Source: Rhodoferax sp.
GTDB lineage: Bacteria > Pseudomonadota > Gammaproteobacteria > Burkholderiales > Burkholderiaceae_C
DNA length: 36,642 bases
Direction: 5' to 3'
Assembly: GCA_044354655.1 (NCBI GenBank)
Contig: JBIKZP010000001.1
Coordinates: forward strand, 1-36,642
Shown here: positions 19,984 to 29,887 of the stretch, in pieces
How the letters are laid out: every line of letters starts with the position of its first letter
How positions within the stretch are numbered: position 1 is the first letter of the stretch
Notes under the pieces: model-generated
Databases searched by the model: none
The model's input: the letters and a program-made list of their open reading frames with translations, nothing else
What the model was told of the DNA's origin: nothing
Made by a program: the position numbers and the translations under genes

Positions 19984-20888
19984 GATGCATCTCCGCCTGT
20001 AGAGGCTGGCATAGGGCTAGCCACTTTAGTTGCGGCTTGCCCAGAATTGCTTCGTAGGCGAATAGCCCGCGGATCAACAAGTCCTCGGGGCAGGAAGATC
20101 ATGATCAACAAAAGCACTATGCCATTCGCTACATCCTGAAACTCTGGAATGATCGCCTGGGCGATGACAGGTAGCGCAGTGAAAAGGGCCGCACCGATGA
20201 TTACACCGGTCCAATGATAAGAACCGCCCAACACCACACCAGCAATCATGGTGAAAGCAATATTCACAAAATAGGTGTCGGGGGAAATGAATTGCAGCAC
20301 GCCGGCCAGCAGCATGCCGCCTAGGCCGCCAACCGCCCCAGAGATCACAAAGGCGATGGTCTGAATTTTTCGCGGTGAGATGCCAAGGCTTGAAGCAACT
20401 GCAGTGTCCTCGCGTACCGACTGTGCAGCAATTCCATACCAGGATACCGAGAGTCTCCAGAACACAAGGGCGCCAAAGGCCAGCAGCAACCCCAACATTC
20501 CGAGCGACACATTTAGAGGCACGCTCATGCCATTCACACCACCTGTGGCGTTCGGCATATTAATGACGACAACACGGGTGATCAGAATCAGGGCGAGGCT
20601 GGCCAGTGCCATCCAGTGACTTTCTAGACGCAGGAAAATAAGCGCCACTACATAGCTCAGTATTGCGCCAGCGGCTGCGGCAGCAGGCAGGGCCAGCATT
20701 GGATCGATACCCGTTGCCATCACCATCCGCGCACCGAGAAACCCCCCGAATGCGGCGTAGGTAACGGTCGCAAAACTAAGGATACCTGCCGACAGGACGG
20801 CGTAGGTACTCAGCGCTAAAAATGAATTGACTATCGCAAAGGAGAGCGTACTTCTGTATGTCGCCCAAAAATCCTGAAGAGCCTGCAT
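19980..20888 (-). CDS. Branched-chain amino acid-type ABC permease (LivM-like)
   Basis: Polytopic; TGGVNG, VRED..A.SLGI, VVLGG. Confidence 0.9.
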   Translation of the reverse strand: MQALQDFWATYRSTLSFAIVNSFLALSTYAVLSAGILSFATVTYAAFGGFLGARMVMATGIDPMLALPAAAAAGAILSYVVALIFLRLESHWMALASLALILITRVVVINMPNATGGVNGMSVPLNVSLGMLGLLLAFGALVFWRLSVSWYGIAAQSVREDTAVASSLGISPRKIQTIAFVISGAVGGLGGMLLAGVLQFISPDTYFVNIAFTMIAGVVLGGSYHWTGVIIGAALFTALPVIAQAIIPEFQDVANGIVLLLIMIFLPRGLVDPRAIRLRSNSGQAATKVASPMPASTGGDAS

Positions 20889-20893
20889 TGCGT

Positions 20894-21781
20894 TCAGGCC
20901 CGCGAGAAGTTCAGACTACCAAACAGACCACGTGGACGCAGCAGCAGGAAGCCCAGCAGCAACGCATAAGTGATTCCATCACGCAGGCCAGAGGACAGGT
21001 ACTGAGCGGTCATCACCTCAAGCACGCCGAGCGCAACCCCGGCTACCGCCGTACCGCGTACGTCATCGTAGCCACCAACAACCACAGCGGCAAATCCCTT
21101 GAGCATCAGTCCCTCGCCCAGCATGAATGAGACATTTTGCGTGGTGATACCACCAAGAACGCCCGCCAAACCAGAGGTAGCCCCTGCGATAAACGCAGTG
21201 ATCACGACCACGTGACGGGGATTGACGCCACCCAGCGAGGCCGCAGTTTGATCCCAACCCACTGCGCGCATCGCTGCACCAAAGCGACTATGACGAATCA
21301 GCACGTGAAGAGCCACAGTCACAGCCACCATGGCGGCTATCGTAATAATCTGCATGACTGGCAAGGGGATAGAGCCAAGGTGGTACATCGTTGAGGGATA
21401 AGTACCACGCGGGAAGCTCAAACTATTATGGCCCGTGGCAGTGCCTGCCAAACTGTCGAGAATGATCCAGCACGCAATGCTTGTGATCAATGCCCCCAGC
21501 ATGTCCTTGCCGCGTTTACGCAAGGGCTGAAATGCAATCTGGTCGACAAGCAACGCGATCACACCAGCCGCCACAACACCCGTCAAGACTGCCGGAATAA
21601 ATGGAAGCTTGTACTGTTCGGCAGCTGCTAGGGCAACAATGGCCGCCCAACTGGCATAGGTCCCTTGGGCGGCATTCAGTATGCCAAGTGTTGCAAATAC
21701 GATTCCAAATCCGAGCCCAAACAGGGCGTAAAGGGACCCTAGTGCAACACCGTTTATCAATTGCTCAAAGAAAAGTTCCAT
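20894..21781 (-). CDS. Branched-chain amino acid-type ABC permease (LivH-like)
   Basis: QLINGVALGSLYAL, LNAAQG, GAAMRA, FAAVVVGG, RPRGLFG. Confidence 0.92.
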   Translation of the reverse strand: MELFFEQLINGVALGSLYALFGLGFGIVFATLGILNAAQGTYASWAAIVALAAAEQYKLPFIPAVLTGVVAAGVIALLVDQIAFQPLRKRGKDMLGALITSIACWIILDSLAGTATGHNSLSFPRGTYPSTMYHLGSIPLPVMQIITIAAMVAVTVALHVLIRHSRFGAAMRAVGWDQTAASLGGVNPRHVVVITAFIAGATSGLAGVLGGITTQNVSFMLGEGLMLKGFAAVVVGGYDDVRGTAVAGVALGVLEVMTAQYLSSGLRDGITYALLLGFLLLRPRGLFGSLNFSRA

Positions 21782-21793
21782 GGCGAAAACCAG

Positions 21794-22951
21794 TTATTTT
21801 GGCGCGGTCCAGGGCACGAGCTTGCCATCGGCAGACCAGTTCACAACAATCGTTCCAGTGGTTTGGGCTTGGCCGTCTTTCATGAATTGGCCACCATAAA
21901 CCTGGTAATCAATCTTTTCCACCTTTTCAAGTGCTGCGGAGAGCGATTCGCGGGTGGGAGTTCCAGAGATTGACTTCAAACCCTGCGCAATAAACCAGAC
22001 CATCTGATAACCCTGTGCCGAGTAGATGTCAGGAGAGACGTTGAACTTTGCCTTGTAGGCTGCCACGAAGGCCTTAGCTTCGGCAGAAACACCAATTGTG
22101 TCCGAGAAGCTGACAGGGAATGGCACACCAACAACCGTTGAACCCATTTTCTTAAAAATTGCTTCTGGTGAAAGAACGTCGTTCCCAACGATGGTCTTCG
22201 TGTAGCCACGATCGCGCAACGCAGTAATGACACCTGCAGCGGCCTGTTGGGTTGCATAGACCAGGATGAAGTCTGGCTTCAACCCCATAGCCTGGGTCGC
22301 AGCTGCTGTGAAATCGGTATCTTTAGTGAGCACGCTCACGACACCAGAGGTTGCAACGCCCTTGGCTTCCAGGGCTTTTTGCGTTGGCAACATGCGGCCC
22401 TTGAATGCGTCATTGTCGGCGGCGAGAATGTACGCAGCCGTCTTGGGTTTGATCGCATCGGAGACCATGAGTGCTGCGGCAGTATCTTTTGGTCCAGGCA
22501 ATATGGTCATGCTATAGATCGACGGCGGCTGAGGCAGACCGGCAGCAGTGGCACCGTAAATCACCAGAGGGATCTTGGCGGCAAGCACGACTGGCTTTAA
22601 TGAACCGGCAACTGGGGACAGGATGCAGCAGGCTGTCGCGATGATCGAGCGGTCAGCAATAAACTGGTTCATAGCCTGGATGGAGCGAGCCGCATCGCTT
22701 CCAGACTCTTTGGGCTCCAGTACTATTGAAGAAGCACCAATGTATTTAGCAGCCTTAACATCTTGAACGGCCAATTGTGCCCCGGCCCAGAAGGATTGCC
22801 CGGCCTGAGCGATTGGACCGGTGTTCTCTGTGATGAAGCCGATCTTGTACTCGCCTGGAGTCAAGCCTTGCGCAAATGCTTGCGAGGCCGGCATGGTGAT
22901 TGAGACCAGGGCTGCGAAAACGCAAGATCCAATTCGTCCTGAAATGCGCAT
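21794..22951 (-). CDS. ABC transporter substrate-binding protein (LivK/LivJ-like, type 1 PBP)
   Basis: Signal peptide, KIGF...TGP.A..G, DTDFTA; RBS GGAG; first gene of the Liv-type operon. Confidence 0.88.
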   Translation of the reverse strand: MRISGRIGSCVFAALVSITMPASQAFAQGLTPGEYKIGFITENTGPIAQAGQSFWAGAQLAVQDVKAAKYIGASSIVLEPKESGSDAARSIQAMNQFIADRSIIATACCILSPVAGSLKPVVLAAKIPLVIYGATAAGLPQPPSIYSMTILPGPKDTAAALMVSDAIKPKTAAYILAADNDAFKGRMLPTQKALEAKGVATSGVVSVLTKDTDFTAAATQAMGLKPDFILVYATQQAAAGVITALRDRGYTKTIVGNDVLSPEAIFKKMGSTVVGVPFPVSFSDTIGVSAEAKAFVAAYKAKFNVSPDIYSAQGYQMVWFIAQGLKSISGTPTRESLSAALEKVEKIDYQVYGGQFMKDGQAQTTGTIVVNWSADGKLVPWTAPK

Positions 22952-23008
22952 GATTTTCTCCGTTGGTTAATGCTTTTTATTATTCGCCGTTAGACATTTT
23001 CAGAGGGT

Positions 23009-23039
23009 AGGGTTTTCCCTCTTTGCGCCACATTGTGGA
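23009..23039. promoter_or_regulatory. Composite element AGGGTTTTCCCT-N6-GCCACATTGTGGA upstream of the ABC operon
   Basis: Near-identical boxes to 17606-17636, in the same orientation relative to the minus-strand operon. Confidence 0.75.
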
Positions 23040-23188
23040 GCCTATTCGTTTGTCTCTCACAACTGGAATTGCAGATATTTAGCTAAATGCCAACGAACTT
23101 AGCACGTGATTTGTAGAGCGTGGCAGACGTCCTCCGGTTTCGAGCAGCGCCACCAGGGCCATAAAAAACCAGTCGACGCGTTCTCGAG

Positions 23189-23201
23189 TAAGTCGTTGAT
23201 T
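23189..23201 (-). promoter_or_regulatory. IHF consensus match (AATCAACGACTTA)
   Basis: Exact match to WATCAANNNNTTR on the minus strand, in the intergenic junction between the two catabolic loci. Confidence 0.4.
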
Positions 23202-23333
23202 CTTAACACTCAATCGGACCGAGAGCCCTAATGAAGACCTACCGACTGTTTTATGATGGTGTCATCAAGCAAACGCAAGAGGTCGTGCGACCGCCTTCTG
23301 TAGTCTGGGCAAGACCTGCCCCTAAGGATCGAA

Positions 23334-24188
23334 ATGGATTTGGATGTTGTTGAATGGGTCGGCACACGCGTGTCGATGTCACTCGGAAGTGCAACGGCGG
23401 TGGTTCAGTTCTTCAATCCGCCACATGGGTACATGGACGAAGCGATGGAGACAGAGCTGGCTCAGGTTCTGGACCGTCTGGCGCATTGGCCGCAAGGCCG
23501 AGTCGTGATCCTGACGGGCCGAGACCCTGGCGTTTTCATTCGCCATTACGACGTAGCGGTACTGCACAAGCGTGCGCAATTTTTTCAGGCGAAGGGGAAG
23601 AAGTTCTCCATGGATCGCCCGGTTCCCAATGGCGGCATCCACGATTGCCTTGAGCGCATCGACAAGAGCCCCTTGATATTCATTGCAGCCATCAACGGTG
23701 TGGCGATGGGAGGTGGTTTTGAATTGGCACTGGGTTGCGATATTCGAGTGGTTCAGGAGGGCGAGTACCAGCTCGGTCTGCCAGAACTCAACCTAGGCCT
23801 GCTGCCTGGTGCTGGTGGTACGCAGGCCTTTGCCGAGTTGCTGGGCACCAGCAGATCCTTGTTCTATCTGTTGACGGCTAAGGTGTTCAATCCACAGGAA
23901 ATTTTTGCGCTGGGTATCGCGTCGGCTTGTGTCGTGGATGTGCTTCACTATGCACAGAACTTGGCCCAAGGGATTGAGGCGACCCCCGCCCGCGCCTGTG
24001 CGAATATCAAACAACTGGTGCGAAACGCGGGTCGCTGGAGTAAGGCGGATGGGTTGGCCGCAGAACGGACTTTGTTCTGCGATTGCATGGTCGACCCCCA
24101 GGCCCTGCCACTCATCGAGGCTGTCGCCCTAGGCCAACGCACCATCGCTGATCCGTTGCGCCCGCCACTGCGCGAAGGATCGGCATGA
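23334..24188 (+). CDS. Enoyl-CoA hydratase/isomerase (crotonase) family
   Basis: IAAING.AMGGGFELALGCDIR and LPE..LGLLPGAGGTQ; both catalytic Glu positions present. Confidence 0.9.
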   Translation: MDLDVVEWVGTRVSMSLGSATAVVQFFNPPHGYMDEAMETELAQVLDRLAHWPQGRVVILTGRDPGVFIRHYDVAVLHKRAQFFQAKGKKFSMDRPVPNGGIHDCLERIDKSPLIFIAAINGVAMGGGFELALGCDIRVVQEGEYQLGLPELNLGLLPGAGGTQAFAELLGTSRSLFYLLTAKVFNPQEIFALGIASACVVDVLHYAQNLAQGIEATPARACANIKQLVRNAGRWSKADGLAAERTLFCDCMVDPQALPLIEAVALGQRTIADPLRPPLREGSA

Positions 24189-24847
24189 CGCGCATGACTG
24201 CCTCGGCCAACGCAGGAGTTACGGTAAGGCCTAAGAGGCCACCCGCTGCAAAGAAGCAAGTGCCAATTGCACCCGGCGCGGCAAATGGGATTACGCCAGA
24301 TCGCAAAGCCGAACTCATCGACAAAGCTGCGCGACTCTTTGGTGAGCGCGGGTATGGCAACACCTCCATGAGAGACATTGCAGCAGCCTTTGGGATTCTC
24401 CACGGCTCGCTGTACCACCACTTTGGCTCCAAGGAGGAGTTGTTTATCACGGTGTATGCCTCCGGTGTTGACGCCTTCATTGCTGATGTCCAGGCAGCTA
24501 TTACCCCCCTGACTGACCCTTGGGACCGGCTCGAGGCGGCATGTGTGGCGCACTTGGAGGCGCTTCTGACCCGAGACAGTCCGGCGGCAACGGTGTTGGC
24601 AGACTGGTCGTCGGCCTACACCGAAACGATGCGCGTTGCCCTTGTGCGGGAACGAGATCGTTATGAGCGGGTGTTCGGAGAGTTGACTGATGCCGTTGAG
24701 CTGCCTCCCGGCATCAAGCGCCGATATTTCAGGCTAGGGCTTCTTGGGGCACTCAATGGTGCGCTTAATTGGTATCAGCCCGGCAGAGATTCACCTGCAG
24801 CGGTCGCTCGACAACTGTTTGCGCTATTTCATTCGCCCCGTCCATAG
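24185..24847 (+). CDS. TetR/AcrR family regulator (KstR2-like C-terminus)
   Basis: AARLF.ERGY..TSMRDIA...GSLYHHFGSKEEL; C-terminal GALN...WY.P. Confidence 0.92.
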   Translation: MTRMTASANAGVTVRPKRPPAAKKQVPIAPGAANGITPDRKAELIDKAARLFGERGYGNTSMRDIAAAFGILHGSLYHHFGSKEELFITVYASGVDAFIADVQAAITPLTDPWDRLEAACVAHLEALLTRDSPAATVLADWSSAYTETMRVALVRERDRYERVFGELTDAVELPPGIKRRYFRLGLLGALNGALNWYQPGRDSPAAVARQLFALFHSPRP

Positions 24848-24918
24848 GCAGCAACGTTGCAACAGACCAGCCAATGTTGTTTCAAGATCCTTGATCTCTA
24901 AAGTTACCGACTATTTAA

Positions 24919-25902
24919 ATGGACAAGCCCCCATTCCTTAGCATCCGTGACATCGGCAGCATGCACCTAGGAGGAAGAGAGGCCGTTATTGACGGACTTG
25001 CGGAACGCCAAGTGCTCTATTCGCCGGGAAACCCTGCGGTCACGGTAAACCCTAACGGAGCGTTTGAAGTCGAACAGATGTACGTGCAATACGTCCGGTT
25101 AGCTAACCCTAAAGCGCGCCATCCACTCTTGCTGATGCACGGCGGCGGACTGTGTGGCGTAACGTATGAAACCAAGCCGGATGGGCAACCCGGATGGCAA
25201 AGCTGGTTTCTCCACGCGGGGCACGATGTCTATGTTGCGGACGCCGTAGAGCGCGGTCGGGCTTCTTGGGCTCGCTCGCCCGAAATCTTTCAAGGCGAGC
25301 CACACTTCCGCACGAAGGCCGAAGCCTGGGAGCTGTTTCGCATAGGAGCGGACGGATCCTGGCGCGGTAGTAGCGCTGCAAGCTCAGCCCATCCGGGAAC
25401 GCTTTTCCCTGTGACGGCATTTGATCAGTTCATGAAACAGGCCACCCCGCGGTGGACTACAACGGACGCCGCTACTCAGGCGGCTTACAACACACTGGTC
25501 GCTGACCATGGGCCGTTTGTCATCATTACGCATAGCCAGGGCGGTAACTTCGCGTTCAGGATGGCGGCGGCCTACCCGGATAAGGTTGCGGCTATCGTGG
25601 CTGTGGAGCCTTCGGGATTCCCGGTCCCGAGCCAAGAGTCGATCGCGGCCATCCGGCACATCCCACATCTATTCGTTTGGGGTGATCACATGGCCTCCAG
25701 TGCCAGTTGGCAACGCATTAGGCCGGGGCTAGATCAGTACAGCAACGCCTTGCGGTCTCAGGCGGTGACGGTTGACGAGATGGACCTGCCGGCGATGGGG
25801 ATTGCCGGGAACTCGCACATGCTGATGATGGACACCAACTCCAATCGGGTGGCCAGCTTGATTCAGCAATGGCTTGCAGGCAAGGGGCTGATGAACTGCT
25901 GA
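24919..25902 (+). CDS. Alpha/beta hydrolase (putative esterase)
   Basis: QMYVQY, MHGGG, TKPDG.PGW, THSQGG elbow, GNSHM His. Confidence 0.82.
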   Translation: MDKPPFLSIRDIGSMHLGGREAVIDGLAERQVLYSPGNPAVTVNPNGAFEVEQMYVQYVRLANPKARHPLLLMHGGGLCGVTYETKPDGQPGWQSWFLHAGHDVYVADAVERGRASWARSPEIFQGEPHFRTKAEAWELFRIGADGSWRGSSAASSAHPGTLFPVTAFDQFMKQATPRWTTTDAATQAAYNTLVADHGPFVIITHSQGGNFAFRMAAAYPDKVAAIVAVEPSGFPVPSQESIAAIRHIPHLFVWGDHMASSASWQRIRPGLDQYSNALRSQAVTVDEMDLPAMGIAGNSHMLMMDTNSNRVASLIQQWLAGKGLMNC

Positions 25903-25938
25903 AACCGCAGGCATGGGCCCTTTATCAATTTCAGACTC

Positions 25939-25966
25939 AAAAAAAAGAGGCCCATTGGGCCTCTTT
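25939..25966 (-). terminator. Rho-independent terminator (possibly bidirectional)
   Basis: AAAGAGGCCC-ATT-GGGCCTCTTT hairpin followed by a U8 run on the minus strand, between convergent genes. Confidence 0.8.
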
Positions 25967-25986
25967 GATCAAACCATCACCGGAAT

Positions 25987-26994
25987 TTACTGGTCAAGTT
26001 TGACGTTGGCAGTGCGGATGTAGTTACCCCAGCGGTCGTATTCGTTGTTATAGAAGGCCTGGTAGGTTTTCTGATCCATCCGGTCGATGACCATGGTCAT
26101 CTTGCGCATGGTTTCAGCCACACCCGGTTCAGCCAGCGTGGCCTCTATGGCCTGATGCAACTTGGCCAATACGTCGGCCGGTACCCCAGCAGGGGCCAGG
26201 AAACCGAGCCAAGGCCCCATGTCGATGGCAACGCCTTTTTCGCGCATGGTCGGCACCTCCTTGAAATCAGCCAACCGCTCCTTGGCGGCAACCACCAACA
26301 TACGAACCGTGCCAGCGCGAGCGTGTTGTTCGGCCACCGGAATAGGGCAAATTGCGCAGGTAATCTGGTTGGCAAGTTGTGCCTGAATCAAAGGTGCAGT
26401 ACCGTTATAGGGCACATGCAACAGATCAATCTTGGCCACCTGTTTAAGAGCCTCCATGGTGATCTGACCTGAACTGCCCTGCCCCCAAGAGCCAAAGCTG
26501 AGCGGCTGTTTGGCCTCGCGCGCTTGTTGCAGAAACTGCTCAAATGTCGTCGCAGGATTTGAAGCATGAACGGTCAGTGCCAAAGGGGTGAAGCCGATAG
26601 GCGCCACTGCAACAAAATCCTTCTTCGAGTCATAGGGCGACTGCTTGAGGATATGCGGTGCGATCGAGTGAGAGTCGGCTGCACCGTAAACCAATGTGTA
26701 GCCATCAGCGGGACTGCGCGCGGCGACAGAGCTGCCAATGGTCCCAATAGCGCCAGGCCTATTTTCGACAACTACTGCCTGTCCCAGGCGCGCTGAAAGG
26801 CTTGGAAGCATGGCTCGGACCAAAACATCACCGCCGCCACCAGCTGCCCACGGCATGATGATCTTGATGGGGCGATTAGGGAACGACCCGGACTGGGCCA
26901 TCGTGGCAAGTGGCAAGCTGCCCAAGGCAGTTGCTGCGGCGGCACCGAGGACGTGACGGCGGGAAATACGGCTGTTTTGCATAGAAGTCTCCAT
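25987..26994 (-). CDS. Bug/TctC family substrate-binding protein (twin-arginine-like leader)
   Basis: SRRHVLG leader, FPNRPIKIIMPWAAGGGGD, ENRPGA, DGYT, HVPY.G. Confidence 0.93.
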   Translation of the reverse strand: METSMQNSRISRRHVLGAAAATALGSLPLATMAQSGSFPNRPIKIIMPWAAGGGGDVLVRAMLPSLSARLGQAVVVENRPGAIGTIGSSVAARSPADGYTLVYGAADSHSIAPHILKQSPYDSKKDFVAVAPIGFTPLALTVHASNPATTFEQFLQQAREAKQPLSFGSWGQGSSGQITMEALKQVAKIDLLHVPYNGTAPLIQAQLANQITCAICPIPVAEQHARAGTVRMLVVAAKERLADFKEVPTMREKGVAIDMGPWLGFLAPAGVPADVLAKLHQAIEATLAEPGVAETMRKMTMVIDRMDQKTYQAFYNNEYDRWGNYIRTANVKLDQ

Positions 26995-27020
26995 TTAGTT
27001 AACTGACGGTTGAAACAAAA

Positions 27021-28208
27021 TTAGCGAAGCAAATTCTCGAGAAGCAGGGCCATACCCTGACCGGCACCAATGCACATGGTGACGACGGCATAACGGCCCT
27101 TGGTGTCCTGCAGGTGATGCATGGCAGTCATGGTCATGCGCAAACCGGTCGCACCGGGCGGATGACCAATGGAGATGCCGCCACCATACAGATTGGTTCG
27201 ATCACGGGGCAGCCCGAGTTCCCTCTCAGCATGGAGGTTCACCACGGCGAACGCCTCATTCACCTCAAAATAGTCAATGTCGCCCACGGTCATTCCGGTC
27301 CGTGCCAAAAGTTTTCGAACCGCTGGCACGGGACCGATGCCCATCAAATTGGGGTCTACTCCGATCGTGGCCCAGTCCACAACCCGAGCTTGTGCCTGCA
27401 AATTGCGCCCTTGAGCAGCTTCGCTATCGGCCACCACGATGAACGCCGCTCCGTCGGTCACCCCACTGGCGTTACCAGGTGTCACCGTGCCGTCGGTCGC
27501 AAATGATGGGCGCAACTGCCGCAGACGCTCCAGTGTCATGTCCGGTCGTGGGAACTCGTCTAGGCTCATCAAGCGTCGAGCGCGTCCACTAGCAACTTCG
27601 ATCGGGGCAATCTGCCGTGACAGAAAGCCTGACTCAAAGGCCTGCTTAGCCCTTTGCTGACTCATGAGGGCCCATTCGTCCATCGCCTCCCGTTGGTAGC
27701 CGTAAAGGCGGGCGATGCTCTCCGCGGTCTGTCCCATGTACTCCTTGGAGAAGGGATCACGGTAGGTGTTTTCCAGCAGATCCTGGAGGTTTTGATCGCC
27801 CCTTTTGTGGCCCCAACGACCTGTTCGCAGTACAAAGGGGGCGCGGCTGTAATTTTCAGCACCACCGGCAAGTGCCATGGATGAATGCCCAGACAAAATC
27901 TGCTCAGCAGCCGAAACAATCGCTTGCAGCCCAGCGCCACATCCCCGGCTGACGGTTAATGCACTGACACTGTCGGGCAAGCCCATGGCCACTGAGACAA
28001 CCCGGGCGCCAAACAGGCTGTCCGGATCTACGGGTACCGTATTGGCATAAACCAGATGGTCAATGTCTTCGCCCTGCAAACCGCTGCGTGTGAGGCAAGC
28101 CTTTGCGGCGTGGACCGCCAACTCTGTCAACGGCGTGTCACGAAAACTTCCACCAAAATCGCCAAACGGCGTACGCGCAGGCGCGCTGAGCACGATGTCT
28201 TTGTTCAT
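27021..28208 (-). CDS. Acetyl-CoA C-acyltransferase (canonical thiolase)
   Basis: RTPFG, RGCGAG (nucleophile Cys), NEAF, GHPPGATG, CIGAGQG; ATG at 28208. Confidence 0.92.
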   Translation of the reverse strand: MNKDIVLSAPARTPFGDFGGSFRDTPLTELAVHAAKACLTRSGLQGEDIDHLVYANTVPVDPDSLFGARVVSVAMGLPDSVSALTVSRGCGAGLQAIVSAAEQILSGHSSMALAGGAENYSRAPFVLRTGRWGHKRGDQNLQDLLENTYRDPFSKEYMGQTAESIARLYGYQREAMDEWALMSQQRAKQAFESGFLSRQIAPIEVASGRARRLMSLDEFPRPDMTLERLRQLRPSFATDGTVTPGNASGVTDGAAFIVVADSEAAQGRNLQAQARVVDWATIGVDPNLMGIGPVPAVRKLLARTGMTVGDIDYFEVNEAFAVVNLHAERELGLPRDRTNLYGGGISIGHPPGATGLRMTMTAMHHLQDTKGRYAVVTMCIGAGQGMALLLENLLR

Positions 28209-28224
28209 GGGGTGATTTGTAGTT

Positions 28225-29886
28225 CTATGTTGGTGAGGTTGCAACTGAGTTCGGCTGGTGGTCAGCTCTCGGGCGAATTTTCAGGGTTCGACAATCGAAT
28301 GCCTGTAGCCGCGGATCGGCGCCAGGCGCAAATATGCGATTTTTTTGTACCTTATTGGTCGCAGTTGAAGGTAACTGCTCAAAAAAGGCTACCCATGCTG
28401 GTGCCTTGTAGTAAGAGAGTTCACCCAGACAGAACCTCACCAGTTCCTGCGCTGTGAGCGCATTGGCCGCATAGCCGGCGGCAGGCACCACCACGGCAAG
28501 CACTTCTTCGTCGCGCATTTCATCAGCCACTGCCATCACAACAACCCGCGCGACTGCAGGGTGAGCAGCCAGTGCCGTCTCCACCTCGCCCGCCGAGATA
28601 TTTTCGCCAGAGCGGCGGATCATGTCTTTGCGACGATCAACAAAGTAGAGCATCCCGCTGCTGTCCTGCGTCACGACATCCCCGGTATGAAACCATCCGC
28701 CTCGCCAGGCAGTCTGGGTGGCGTCCTGGTCATTCAGGTATCCGCTAAAGAACCCCTGACGCGGGTCATCGGCTTCAGCACAAACCAGTAGCTCCCCCGG
28801 CGTGTCAATCGAAACATTTTGGTCGTGGTCATCAACCACCCTGACCCGTAGGGGCGCGGCCGCTCGACCAAAGGCGCGTGTATGGGTCATGCGAGGCTCA
28901 TGCTGATTGGTCAGAAATCGGCCTGTCTCTGTCATGCCCCACACTTCAACCAAAGGAAAGCCAAAACGCTTTTCAAATGCTGGGTGCAAGGTGGGGTCGC
29001 AGCCAGCGCCGAGTCCGAAACGGATTTGATGACTCGCCTCCCATGGTCCTAATTCCTGTTTGATCAAGGCCGGCGGCATGATGCCGAGGTAGTGAATTCC
29101 CGTAGCCCGAGACTTGACACAATCCTCCCACCAGGTGCTCACGTGGAAACGATCTGGCAGCACCAAACAGTTGTCTGTCAGACACATGGTGGCAATACTG
29201 GTCATGCCACAGTTCATGTGAAACACAGGCAGAGGGTTGAAGACCCGTTCACTGGCATGCCGAAGTGTCAGCAGCCCGCCTAGATCGCGGTACCAAGCGC
29301 CGGCCGTCAGGACATACTCGTTGGTGAGAATACAAGCCTTAGGTTGACCTGAGGTGCCGGATGTGAAAAGTATCGCGGCCTCACGACTGAGTGGGCTGAG
29401 TGGATTCAAGGCCTCGAGGGCCGGCCTGGGAGCGGCGGTCAGCATTAGCTCCAGTTGCTCTAGGGCTATATTGGGCCGTTGCTTCAGCGCGTCGTCTGTC
29501 GCAATGGCTTGCGCGATGGCCTGATGCCGGTCATGCTTGGCTACGATGGCGTCCACCTCCGCAAGGCGCAAGGCGTGCCGAATTTCTGCGCCTCGGTGGT
29601 CAGGGTTGAGTGGAACAATAGAAACACCCAGACAATTCAGAGCGATGAAATGGAAGAAATGACGGGGATGATTGCCCACGGCCAGTGCGATGCGGTGCCC
29701 CACGCCCCAACCTCTTTCGCCATACAGCAACACCAACCGATCTATCTCTGTCCCGGCCTGCTCGAACGTCCACTCCCTTCCACCACTGATGACGGACTCA
29801 GCCAGAAAAGGAAGCCCTCCCGCTCTTTGACGCGCCGAATCAAACGCCTCATAGAGGGTCATGTGGGGCTGTGCAATACCTGTCAC
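28225..29886 (-). CDS. AMP-dependent acyl-CoA ligase (CaiC-like)
   Basis: FTSGTSGQPK, WGMTE, WFHTGD, DRRKDMIRRSGENI, TATNKVQK; start uncertain (GTG 29886 or ATG 29862). Confidence 0.9.
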   Translation of the reverse strand: MTGIAQPHMTLYEAFDSARQRAGGLPFLAESVISGGREWTFEQAGTEIDRLVLLYGERGWGVGHRIALAVGNHPRHFFHFIALNCLGVSIVPLNPDHRGAEIRHALRLAEVDAIVAKHDRHQAIAQAIATDDALKQRPNIALEQLELMLTAAPRPALEALNPLSPLSREAAILFTSGTSGQPKACILTNEYVLTAGAWYRDLGGLLTLRHASERVFNPLPVFHMNCGMTSIATMCLTDNCLVLPDRFHVSTWWEDCVKSRATGIHYLGIMPPALIKQELGPWEASHQIRFGLGAGCDPTLHPAFEKRFGFPLVEVWGMTETGRFLTNQHEPRMTHTRAFGRAAAPLRVRVVDDHDQNVSIDTPGELLVCAEADDPRQGFFSGYLNDQDATQTAWRGGWFHTGDVVTQDSSGMLYFVDRRKDMIRRSGENISAGEVETALAAHPAVARVVVMAVADEMRDEEVLAVVVPAAGYAANALTAQELVRFCLGELSYYKAPAWVAFFEQLPSTATNKVQKNRIFAPGADPRLQAFDCRTLKIRPRADHQPNSVATSPT

Positions 29887-29887
29887 T

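Noticed and set aside
23240-24916. TACCGACTRTTT shared upstream of the crotonase (23240-23251) and the esterase (24905-24916)
   Set aside because: Non-palindromic, only two imperfect copies at inconsistent distances from the starts; too weak to call an operator.
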